This document shows positions 48,955-57,439 of a stretch of 64,000 nucleotides of DNA, piece by piece. Position numbers and translations under genes: made by a program. The notes under the pieces are model-generated. The model saw only the letters and a program-made list of their open reading frames with translations, had not been told where the DNA came from and did not search any database. Origin of the DNA: a virus; IMG/VR virus record IMGVR_UViG_3300026116_000005, positions 5,146-69,145 of that record; one strand, written 5' to 3'. The first letter of the stretch is position 1. The number at the start of each line of letters is the position of its first letter.

Positions 48955-50058
48955 TTATGCGGGCGTGACCTGTGTGACTGCGGCGGCTGGCGTCGCCGAA
49001 ACAACGGGGGCTGGAGAAGGATTCAAAACGTTAGCGAGTTTTTTCGCCTGCTGAACAATGTAGCTTTTATCTATATTGTCTTCGGCCTCCTCGATAATCG
49101 TTTTGTGCGCGGCGTCCAAATTATCCGCCTGGTAGTTTTTCGTGAGATCAGCGGCAGCGGCGGGATTATCCACCTTCTGTTCGGCAATTGATTGAACGGT
49201 TTTCTGGAGCGTCGTGTCGCTCTGTTTTGCGCGCCAAAGGAGGATGGCTACGCCAGCGATGATAAGAAGAATTGCGCCACCGACCACCCATAGAAACCAG
49301 GGCTGAGAGACGATAAATCCAGAGCCGATAAGAACGAGGCTCCCGGCCCACGCAGCGATGCCTTTTTTGATGACGGTGAGTCCGCCTGTTCCAAAGGAAA
49401 GCCAAACCAGAACGCCGGTGCCCACAACGCCGAGAATTCCAGCGATCACGAGAATTCGAGCCGTCCACTGCTGAAGACTCTTTCGGTGCGCGTCGTTGAT
49501 CTCTTTGATCTTCGCATTCAGCGAATCGATCACCTTTTGGTTTGCGGCCTGGTTCTTAACCAGCTCGTCATCCTTGGCGGATATTTTCGCCGCGAGATCA
49601 GTGCGAAGCTGATCGTTCTGTGCGCGTAATTTTCCAACGTCCTCGCTCGCCTTGGTCGCAGCGGCAACGGCGGTATCATACGCCTTGGAGGCTTCTGCGG
49701 TCTTGCCTTGATCGAAGAGAGAGGCGCGATCCTGCGCGGCTTTAAGCGCAATCAAATCTGGATCAACACCCAGCTCTTTGAGAGCAACGTCAATCTCCCG
49801 GCTGATGACCTGGAGCGAAATTGGGTCGGTGTTCTTTTTATTGTAGTCCCGAATCACATACAGCGAAGCCGCCGTTCGAGCGCCCTGCGCTTTCACAGCG
49901 GTCTCGACAGCTTGATTTTTATCCGCGAGAGACTGTTCGCTATTCCTGATTTCCCCCAGCGGAGTCGCCCCGGCCACAGGCGCAGCTTTCGGCGTTGTCT
50001 TGCACGAGGGCGCTAGGGACGCGAGCGCCAAGAGGAGGATGATCTTCAATCGGTACAT
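48955..50058 (-). CDS. Lipoprotein with coiled coil and three TM helices (spanin-like)
   Basis: Signal peptide with LAPSC, long Ala/Lys-rich helix, three hydrophobic segments. Confidence 0.5.
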   Translation of the reverse strand: MYRLKIILLLALASLAPSCKTTPKAAPVAGATPLGEIRNSEQSLADKNQAVETAVKAQGARTAASLYVIRDYNKKNTDPISLQVISREIDVALKELGVDPDLIALKAAQDRASLFDQGKTAEASKAYDTAVAAATKASEDVGKLRAQNDQLRTDLAAKISAKDDELVKNQAANQKVIDSLNAKIKEINDAHRKSLQQWTARILVIAGILGVVGTGVLVWLSFGTGGLTVIKKGIAAWAGSLVLIGSGFIVSQPWFLWVVGGAILLIIAGVAILLWRAKQSDTTLQKTVQSIAEQKVDNPAAAADLTKNYQADNLDAAHKTIIEEAEDNIDKSYIVQQAKKLANVLNPSPAPVVSATPAAAVTQVTPA

Positions 50059-50440
50059 CGATAAGGATGGGCGCGAGGCCCTTTTGAACGGACAACGGAA
50101 CGGGGTTCGTATCGAAGTGGAAAAGGTCTTCAGCCACCCGATAAACGTTCACTGGAATATCTTGGTTGAGAATATCGATCCAACCTTGCTCAAAAGCGAT
50201 AAACCGGGGATCGCTCTTATCCATCTTCACCGACTGCTCACCATCTGGAATTAGCTTTCGCATATTCCTTTTTCGAGTGGCGTGCAGGTCTTTGACGTGA
50301 CCTTCCAGCAGTCTGATATTTTTTGCGATGGCGTGGTTGGCCATCGGCTCGAAATCATACGGCACAAGCTTCCCGTCCTTTATATATCCGTCACATTGAA
50401 TGAGGGCCTGATGCAAAGCGAAGATGACGTAATTTCTCAT
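49940..50440 (-). CDS. Hypothetical protein (possible fibre chaperone)
   Basis: Follows the fibre-like gene; helical. Confidence 0.4.
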   Translation of the reverse strand: MRNYVIFALHQALIQCDGYIKDGKLVPYDFEPMANHAIAKNIRLLEGHVKDLHATRKRNMRKLIPDGEQSVKMDKSDPRFIAFEQGWIDILNQDIPVNVYRVAEDLFHFDTNPVPLSVQKGLAPILIDVPIEDHPPLGARVPSALVQDNAESCACGRGDSAGGNQE

Positions 50441-50441
50441 T

Positions 50442-51539
50442 TTAAGCTGGCTGCGCTGCGGCGATGATGTCGAATTTGTCGTCGGTCTCGTCGTATCTAA
50501 CTTTTAGATACGTTGTTTTATTTGCAGTCGCATTCACCGTAAGTGATGCAACGATGTCGGTGAAGCGATACTTTGTGCCGAGGGAAAGAGTAAATCCGCC
50601 AGTCGCGTTCTGGCGGATTCTGAACGTTAACTCCTGGCCGTCGATTGCGCCGGTGGGATTTCCTAACGTTCGGTTATCGGTGATCGTAACCTCCCCGATT
50701 GAACCGGGGATAAATTGGGTGGCATCGACGGCGATGGTTGCCGCGTCCGTCAGCTCGATGACTCCAGTCGGATCAAGCGTGCCATAATCAATCGACGATC
50801 CCGTGGATTTCAGAAACGTTCCCGCTGTGCTGCGAGGCTTCCGAACCCAGTCGGTGCCATCGAAGTAAATGAGATCACCTTCAACCGGAGTGGCCGGAGG
50901 GGCAAGGTAATCCGTGCCTGGAACCGCGATAGAAAGAACACCGCTAATCGTGGTGTTCTTAAGAATGCCGTTATCGAGAGCGCCTAACGCTTGCTCGTTC
51001 GTGAGCGTCCCATCGCCTTGCTGGACGATATATTTCGCGCCAACCGGAGCTGAGGTTGTTGGGCTGGCAATGGTGATCGTAACGTCGTCGCCGGTGTGCG
51101 AGACGGTTGCTCCAACGAAGTTGAGGGACGCGAGGGCCGTGGAGATGTTTGAGCCATTATCTTTTAAAGTGATGTGACCAGACGCATCCGTGATTCCAAA
51201 TCCCGCGAGCGTGGTCGGAGTTCCTGTGATCGTCTCCCAATACTGTGTGCCCGTATGGTTCGCGCGGTTGAGAAAATAATCGATCCCATGACCAGAATCA
51301 GAAGTCTGGTGGCCTTGGGTGTCCGCAAAAAGAACGACGTTACCGATGGCAGACGAGTCTGGCCCGATCATATCACCAGCACCAACAGTGAGCTGGATGA
51401 ATGATTTGAGCGTGCTGACTTTGCATTTCAGACTGGTGAGCGCGCTATATGGATAGCGAACAACGTATAGAAGATCGTCGTCGCCAAGTTCAAACGCCTC
51501 ATCCAATTCATCGAGCAATCTCGGCTCTTCGTCGGCCAT
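50442..51539 (-). CDS. Head/tail fibre-like structural protein
   Basis: NRANHTGTQ and PTTLAGFGITDA fibre repeats; C-terminal LTDAATIAVD...NRTLGNPT...RQNATGG domain. Confidence 0.65.
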   Translation of the reverse strand: MADEEPRLLDELDEAFELGDDDLLYVVRYPYSALTSLKCKVSTLKSFIQLTVGAGDMIGPDSSAIGNVVLFADTQGHQTSDSGHGIDYFLNRANHTGTQYWETITGTPTTLAGFGITDASGHITLKDNGSNISTALASLNFVGATVSHTGDDVTITIASPTTSAPVGAKYIVQQGDGTLTNEQALGALDNGILKNTTISGVLSIAVPGTDYLAPPATPVEGDLIYFDGTDWVRKPRSTAGTFLKSTGSSIDYGTLDPTGVIELTDAATIAVDATQFIPGSIGEVTITDNRTLGNPTGAIDGQELTFRIRQNATGGFTLSLGTKYRFTDIVASLTVNATANKTTYLKVRYDETDDKFDIIAAAQPA

Positions 51540-51559
51540 GGTAATTCCTTCGTTTAATC

Positions 51560-51600
51560 AATAAAGCCCGTCCCCGGATATTTCCAGTGACGGGCTCTTT
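51560..51600 (-). terminator. Terminator after the major capsid gene
   Basis: AGCCCGTC/GACGGGCT stem flanked by A/T tracts. Confidence 0.75.
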
Positions 51601-51622
51601 ATGCCTAGCTCAACGCGAACGG

Positions 51623-52849
51623 TTAACCGCCAAGATCGGTGTTGCAGGACACGAGGCCAAGCGTGTCGGCGCAACGCGTATAGAGGAAGGGAATGACGCC
51701 GTGCGGCACGATTGGCTGAATCGCGCGCTCCAGCTCCCAAATGAACTGGCCGAAGTCGCGGTACTTGTTACACGCGAGGTCTTGCGGGTTGATCCATTCC
51801 ATTTGGCCAGGAGCCGCAATAGACGGCCACTCCATATCACCAATCTTGGTGAGGCGGGTTGGCGTCAGGTAGCGGAAGGCACCCTTCGAGATCAGGAAGC
51901 CCACTTCGTAAGGAGCGGTCTTCCAAGCCGGGTTGATGACGTTCTTCGCCTGACCGAAGGTCGGGGAGTTATCGACAATATATGGCTCAATAAAGATCGG
52001 GTTGCCGTTTCCGTCGACCGAGGAGAAGCGCAGCGGCTTCGGGTCGATACCGATGCGCAGACCGCGATAAAGCGGCTGGAACGCATAAGACCACAATTGA
52101 TTGAGGGCTTCCTTGTTACCGCCGGTGACGGCAGCGCGGAAGTTCTCAATCGTCGGGTCTTCATCGCGCCATTTGTTAACCTGCGCGGAACCAGCGATCA
52201 CGATGAAGTTTTCATCAGCACCATCACCGAAGGTCTGGATGTTGTTGAAATCGTAGCGGAGAACGTCCGCGAGGCCTTCGAGCGTTTTGAACGTCATCGC
52301 GGCGGTTGGGACACCCTGGCCGAAATTCGTGTTGGTCTGATTTTCACCGCCAACCAAATTGCCATCGATGGTGCCGTTTGCCTTCGCGACGTACTTCAGA
52401 CCGGACAGGTCCAAAAGATTGATGCGGCGGTCAGCAAGGACAATTTCCTTGTTGGCGGCGCGCTGCGCGAGCGTGGCGGCTTGGTAGCCCTGCTCAACGA
52501 CGATACGAGCGCCCTTAACGCAAACAAGGGGAGACTCGCCGCGAAGATTGCCGAGCACCGTGGTGAACTCGCTTTGACCAAACTGCGCCTGGGGTCCGAC
52601 AGTTCCGCAAGCCTGGGTGGCGGCAGTGACGGCGGGACGGGTGAGCGAGTGGCCGGTGACAACGCGATCCATGATAAGCGTGCGGATCGTGTCGCCCTGA
52701 TAGTTCGGGAACGTGCCAGCTTCGAAGACAGAAGCGTAGGGGTCGTTCTTAGCGTTGTTCTGAGCCATTTCCCAGGTGAGCTGGGGAATCTGAGTAGCGA
52801 TTGCCGCCGCGAAATCGGACGGTTGAAGATCGCAAGTTGGGAGTGCCAT
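51623..52849 (-). CDS. Major capsid protein
   Basis: 408 aa with strongly biased codons, long leader and own terminator; follows the scaffold block. Confidence 0.75.
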   Translation of the reverse strand: MALPTCDLQPSDFAAAIATQIPQLTWEMAQNNAKNDPYASVFEAGTFPNYQGDTIRTLIMDRVVTGHSLTRPAVTAATQACGTVGPQAQFGQSEFTTVLGNLRGESPLVCVKGARIVVEQGYQAATLAQRAANKEIVLADRRINLLDLSGLKYVAKANGTIDGNLVGGENQTNTNFGQGVPTAAMTFKTLEGLADVLRYDFNNIQTFGDGADENFIVIAGSAQVNKWRDEDPTIENFRAAVTGGNKEALNQLWSYAFQPLYRGLRIGIDPKPLRFSSVDGNGNPIFIEPYIVDNSPTFGQAKNVINPAWKTAPYEVGFLISKGAFRYLTPTRLTKIGDMEWPSIAAPGQMEWINPQDLACNKYRDFGQFIWELERAIQPIVPHGVIPFLYTRCADTLGLVSCNTDLGG

Positions 52850-53241
52850 GGGAGTAAGTAGCTAACGAGTTTTTGGTTTCGGTAGCCTACGCGCCCAAGC
52901 GTTCGCTGCGGGTCTCGCTTCAGCCACCAAGATGAACGAAAGATGTATTCAAAGCGCGGATACGCTCGGAATGAAAACACTTTGGTTTCTTGGCTGAGGA
53001 GAACCCTGATTTTACAGCCGTGCCCGGTGACGAACCGTGCGATGTAGGGGAGCCCCTACTACGTCCTAACGGGGAAGTACCTACACGCCCTTAACAAAAT
53101 CATGCAAGCAAATCTTACTTGTCCTCTTGCAAATTATCGTAAAAGGTAAGGCCAGTTAATTGATCGAGCCGCCAAAAGTCTGCATATTGATGATGATTAG
53201 GCGGTGGGTGATCGAGAGCTTCCTGAGCCCGCCTATTCGCG

Positions 53242-53598
53242 TTAGGCGGGCTCAACCTTTTTAATCAGGACATCAATCCCCTCTTCGCCCGGAGGCACGA
53301 TCTTAAGGATCACTCGCTCATCAATGACCCACTTTCGGGAATCGTCCAGCGGCATCGACAAGGCAATCCAGGATGGTAGAGAGAGCCCCGTCGAGGTCGC
53401 GATTCCTCTCGTCTGATATTCGAACAATAGCTGTGACTCGATACTTCGGGTGATTTTTTCCATCACCTCGGCGTACTCTTTTTTTGTGAACGTTCTTGGC
53501 GTTCCGTTCGTTACCGCGAGCTGCTTGCTGTTCTTGAACGACGGGATGTGACCCACTCCCCGGATCGAGATTTTTATGGGTTGAGCTGGCAATTCCAT
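53242..53598 (-). CDS. RusA-like protein, frame A
   Basis: GHIPSFKNSK N-terminal motif and LDDS..WV...GEEG..V.I C-terminal motif. Confidence 0.5.
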   Translation of the reverse strand: MELPAQPIKISIRGVGHIPSFKNSKQLAVTNGTPRTFTKKEYAEVMEKITRSIESQLLFEYQTRGIATSTGLSLPSWIALSMPLDDSRKWVIDERVILKIVPPGEEGIDVLIKKVEPA

Positions 53599-53641
53599 AT
53601 CCGGGTTTCGAAAGAATTTTAGCTAAGTCTTCCGGCCTCAT
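53321..53641 (-). CDS. RusA-like protein, frame B (overlapping)
   Basis: YRVTAIVRISDERNRDLDGALSTILDCLVDA resembles the RusA RxDxD..K...D.L core; start overlaps the upstream GT gene. Confidence 0.5.
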   Translation of the reverse strand: MRPEDLAKILSKPGYGIASSTHKNLDPGSGSHPVVQEQQAARGNERNAKNVHKKRVRRGDGKNHPKYRVTAIVRISDERNRDLDGALSTILDCLVDAAGRFPKVGH

Positions 53642-54380
53642 GCTGCACAAGTTTTTCCCGGACGATAATTTGAGCAGACTCGTCTTTCACGCCGTGCAAG
53701 AAAACAGGCAGGCCCTTCACACCCTTGAGAAGGTGATCGCTAGGGTATTCACGAATTGAATACAATTCATCTTCGACAATGCTTTTCTTCCGGTAGTCCG
53801 AAAAGATCAGCGGCGTGGCTCGCATTCTCCCAGCTAAGGTCTTGGCGTGAAAAATGTCCCACGGATGCATCGAGGGGGACATGTAGAAATTTGGAATCTC
53901 TTTCTGGATGTGGGTAGAAACTAGGCAGTTTCCATTCAGGTGTGGGGTCCTAAATTGCGACTGAGAAATCCAGTGACCAAGAATGAGCTGGCTTCCCGAG
54001 TACCAGTCTTTCTGAAGCTTCGCGATCCAGTCCTTATCGAGCGGCACGCAGTCGGCCTCAAAGAAAAGAGCCGCATCGTAGTCCCAAATTTTTCGCTTAA
54101 CCATACTCGTGACGTGGGCAAGCGAATCGAAAAAAAGATCATTACATCCAGCGGGCCATCCGGCAGTGTTGTGCCTGGAATGATATAGATGCACCTCCTC
54201 AAATTTCTTCGTGAGATAAAGATAGGTGCCCATGTCGTCCTGTGTATCGTACCGATAGGCGATCATGAAGTCCGCATGTTCGGACTTCTTTGGCTCGATG
54301 TCAGCAATCAACCTGGCGAGCTTCATCGCCATCAATCGGTCCCCGGCGTAGCACTGCAAAACCAGCAAGAGTTTTTTCAT
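53619..54380 (-). CDS. Putative GT-A fold glycosyltransferase
   Basis: GWPAGCN, FFEADCVPL (ExD), HLNGN, HGVKD. Confidence 0.55.
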   Translation of the reverse strand: MKKLLLVLQCYAGDRLMAMKLARLIADIEPKKSEHADFMIAYRYDTQDDMGTYLYLTKKFEEVHLYHSRHNTAGWPAGCNDLFFDSLAHVTSMVKRKIWDYDAALFFEADCVPLDKDWIAKLQKDWYSGSQLILGHWISQSQFRTPHLNGNCLVSTHIQKEIPNFYMSPSMHPWDIFHAKTLAGRMRATPLIFSDYRKKSIVEDELYSIREYPSDHLLKGVKGLPVFLHGVKDESAQIIVREKLVQHEAGRLS

Positions 54381-55150
54381 GGGTATAGGTTTCTTGCTGA
54401 TGCGTCTTCATCCACCCAGCGCAGAAAGTTTTTCAATTTAACGGGCCACTTCCGCGTCATCTGAAGTATTTTCCACTGAAGGGCTAAATTTTCGTATCCG
54501 TAATACTTCTCTTTTAGCACGACCTGTGAATCCAAAACGTAGGCGTAATGATTGAAAACCAGACCGAGCTGGCGAGTTTCCTCGCGCTTTATTTCCATTC
54601 CCTTATTGCCGTCTAAGTTGGGCGGCTCATGGGTGATCCATTTCATTCCCGGCTTATATCTCCACACCCTGAGCCATTCGTTCGTTTTGTTTCCGTAGGA
54701 TTTTTCACCCTCGGTTACGATGTTCGGGCCAATAAAGTAATTACAAAAGAAACGCGCATGCGTCGCCTCAGGGTTTTCTCCGAATAGTTTTATGATCCCT
54801 CGGATTTGATCCGCAGTCCAAAATTCATCGCTGTCGACCTGGAGCAAGATCGCCTCTTCACTCATCTGAGGAATCGGCGCATTGACCATCTCGACCTTAC
54901 CCTGCCAAAGCGGACTACGATAAACCTTCACGCGCGGGTGCCTGGAAATTGCGTCGAGGAATTGCACGGTGCCATCGGTCGACGGACCGCCAACTGGCTT
55001 TCGGCACCACTTCGTGTCTTTCACATTATTGGCCGGACCCTCTACAATATGCCATCTCCAGTCTATCTCCGTGAGAGAATTTAAGATCGGAAGGTGATGC
55101 GCAAGCCATGGCATTCCGTTGTGAACTATCGTCAAGACCTCCAGCTTCAT
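54377..55150 (-). CDS. GT2-like glycosyltransferase
   Basis: TIVHNG, VEG, STDGT, QVDSDEFW, HY.Y. Confidence 0.75.
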   Translation of the reverse strand: MKLEVLTIVHNGMPWLAHHLPILNSLTEIDWRWHIVEGPANNVKDTKWCRKPVGGPSTDGTVQFLDAISRHPRVKVYRSPLWQGKVEMVNAPIPQMSEEAILLQVDSDEFWTADQIRGIIKLFGENPEATHARFFCNYFIGPNIVTEGEKSYGNKTNEWLRVWRYKPGMKWITHEPPNLDGNKGMEIKREETRQLGLVFNHYAYVLDSQVVLKEKYYGYENLALQWKILQMTRKWPVKLKNFLRWVDEDASARNLYP

Positions 55151-55851
55151 ACCATCCCCTTGATATGAAGGTCTCTTATCTCGTCTGGAGTAAAACGCTG
55201 CGCATACCAAACGGGATCATCAAAATTGATAGGCCTGGACCTGTCGTAACCAAAGCTAAACCTTTTATATTTTCGGTCGTCCATTCTCTCTAAGTTAGCG
55301 AACTTATGCTCAGGAAGATTTTGAATATCTCGGTCTCCTCCCATCGAAAGGTAGTCCTTAACAAAATCAGGAATGGCGGCGTGCTTAACCAGGAACAGCG
55401 ATTGAGCGCACGGCATCCCCGTGTAGTTTCCGAAGATCATTCCAGCGTGTCCAATTTCTGAATACATCGTGTCGATGTAAGGCCCGAAAGCCAACACGTC
55501 TTGCTCTCTGTAAACAAAGTCTAGTTCGGCGTTATAAGCCAGCATTGCCAGGGCTATGATGCTCGCTGACCACCCACCAAATACGTGCGGCTTAATGTCG
55601 TTAATTAGGTGATGGACGTGGCCCAGGTTTCCGTCGAAATCAATCACCTGAGTTGGGCAAGGCATGGCATTCCTAACGTGCATGGGATAGATCGACCCTC
55701 CCACTGATATAATTATCGCCTTCCTTGGCCTTGGCTTGGTGTACCTCGTCAGATTTTGAACCCAAAGCGTTGCAAACTCCTCGGCGCGCTCCGCTGAGTT
55801 TCCTTCGTAATATCCGCTGCCAAGTAAGTAAGTCATTTTGGGTTTTCCCAT
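55147..55851 (-). CDS. Putative GT-A fold glycosyltransferase
   Basis: DFVYREQDVLAFG (ExD) in cluster context. Confidence 0.45.
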   Translation of the reverse strand: MGKPKMTYLLGSGYYEGNSAERAEEFATLWVQNLTRYTKPRPRKAIIISVGGSIYPMHVRNAMPCPTQVIDFDGNLGHVHHLINDIKPHVFGGWSASIIALAMLAYNAELDFVYREQDVLAFGPYIDTMYSEIGHAGMIFGNYTGMPCAQSLFLVKHAAIPDFVKDYLSMGGDRDIQNLPEHKFANLERMDDRKYKRFSFGYDRSRPINFDDPVWYAQRFTPDEIRDLHIKGMV

Positions 55852-56432
55852 CTTTTATCCCACCAGTGGATTAGAAATGATTCTGGAGCAGCTTCGCGAC
55901 ATTCGGTTGGAGCGTCCCACGAGAACGGGTAAACCATAGTGGTCGGAATTATCGTAACCAATTGCCGTGGGGCCTGAGACATAAGATATACTCCCCACAC
56001 CGCGTCTTTATTGGCGAAGGCTGGAACATTTCTAAGCTGCCATTCAACCCATGGGTGACGAGGCTCCGCACCAAAGAAGGCATTGCAGATTCGGTTCTCC
56101 TCCTTACCGCACGGGATGTTATCCTGAATCGACGCAATGCACGGGAAGATAATAAATGGATCGAGCGGCCTGATGCACTCCATGTCTGTGTCGAGATAGA
56201 TGCCGCCATGCTTCTGAACGACCACAAGTCTCGCTAGATTTGAAACGCTCGCCCATGAGCCCAAATCATTAAACATGAAATCGATGTTTAATCCTAACGC
56301 CTCCAGTGAGTCTTTTCCCCACATCATATGCCGCCAATCGGGGTGCATTTTTATGATGTTTGCGATAAACCCAGCGTTTCTATCTGGGATTTCACCTCCC
56401 AGCCAAATCTGATGGATAATCCTAGGAATCAT
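55833..56432 (-). CDS. GT32 (DXD sugar-binding) glycosyltransferase
   Basis: MIPRIIHQIWLG, HGGIYLDTDMEC..P.D. Confidence 0.85.
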   Translation of the reverse strand: MIPRIIHQIWLGGEIPDRNAGFIANIIKMHPDWRHMMWGKDSLEALGLNIDFMFNDLGSWASVSNLARLVVVQKHGGIYLDTDMECIRPLDPFIIFPCIASIQDNIPCGKEENRICNAFFGAEPRHPWVEWQLRNVPAFANKDAVWGVYLMSQAPRQLVTIIPTTMVYPFSWDAPTECREAAPESFLIHWWDKRWENPK

Positions 56433-56983
56433 TAAAACGCCCTCACCAACTGATACGATGGCCACTCTTCATTGGTCAGCCTCACCAGCCTCCAGTCGTA
56501 ATCATCGCAGAACCGCCTCACTGCGGAAGGAACATCAAATCCCATGGCGCGAGAGTAAGCGTTGTCCACGTAATCATGCCCCATGATAAACCCTCCTCGC
56601 TTCACCTTTGCGGACCACCGAATCAAGTCCTGAAAACACCCCTGGTAGGTGTGGTCTGCGTCTATATAAACCCAGTCTAACGACCCTGGTTCAAAATCAT
56701 TGGCGGCATCGCTTGAAAATTTTCGATGGATCATGACCCTTCCTTGCATTATCTCCTTCGAGAATTTTTGCTGCACCTCCCGATGATTCGTATCTTGAGC
56801 GCCTTGATTAACGTTCGACGGGTCCTTCTCGTATTCACCTGGTTGAAACTGCCAGCAATCTATCAGATGAAGATGAGCCACGCCCGTCTCTAAAATTCTC
56901 TCCGAGAAAGCGCCGCGATAGACGCCAATCTCAGCGCCAACGGTTTTAGGGGGAAGCTCCCGGAATAAATCGATGCGTTCCAT
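56432..56983 (-). CDS. Class I SAM methyltransferase (Methyltransf_24-like)
   Basis: GAEIGVYRG, LDWVYIDADHTY, GG.IMGHDY. Confidence 0.85.
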   Translation of the reverse strand: MERIDLFRELPPKTVGAEIGVYRGAFSERILETGVAHLHLIDCWQFQPGEYEKDPSNVNQGAQDTNHREVQQKFSKEIMQGRVMIHRKFSSDAANDFEPGSLDWVYIDADHTYQGCFQDLIRWSAKVKRGGFIMGHDYVDNAYSRAMGFDVPSAVRRFCDDYDWRLVRLTNEEWPSYQLVRAF

Positions 56984-57439
56984 TTACTTGATCGCCTCGA
57001 TGCGGGCGGTTTCCAGGTCGTCCTTTTGCTGCCCAATCACTTTAAAGTGACCGTCTATAGGGCTACGTCCAGTGGTGCGAATGTTCATTGGGTTGAAACC
57101 TGCGACCTGCAAAAACTTTTTAATCAGGTCGGTCGTGTACGCCGCTTGATGGCCGTGATTCATGATGATGTCTTTTGCCTGCGGACCATGAAGCCTATCG
57201 AGCACCGGCATGCAAATTCGCACAATGCCTCCCGGCCTGAGCACTCGGCGAATATCTTCGAGTAAAAGAAGAAATTGCTGCGGAGTGATATGCTCGAAGG
57301 TGTGCTCACCAAAAAGGAAATCAACCGTGCTATTTGAGAAGGGCAGCGGAAGCTTCGTGAAATCCAGCTCTGAATCAAAATTCTGGAATCCTTCGAGGCG
57401 ATTGCCGCCGCACCCTAGCTGAATCTTTACGAAGGGCAT
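56984..57439 (-). CDS. Class I SAM methyltransferase
   Basis: IQLGCGG, EHTFEHI, RRVLRPGG. Confidence 0.8.
   Translation of the reverse strand: MPFVKIQLGCGGNRLEGFQNFDSELDFTKLPLPFSNSTVDFLFGEHTFEHITPQQFLLLLEDIRRVLRPGGIVRICMPVLDRLHGPQAKDIIMNHGHQAAYTTDLIKKFLQVAGFNPMNIRTTGRSPIDGHFKVIGQQKDDLETARIEAIK

Noticed and set aside
51587-52861. 424-aa plus-strand ORF antisense to the capsid gene (likewise 40542-41543, 62396-63181, 5125-5811)
   Set aside because: Shadow ORFs produced by codon bias of the real minus-strand genes; no motifs.
56432-57439. Methyltransferases as DNA methylases
   Set aside because: They lack DPPY/NPPY or PC motifs; the motifs match small-molecule/sugar O-methyltransferases.
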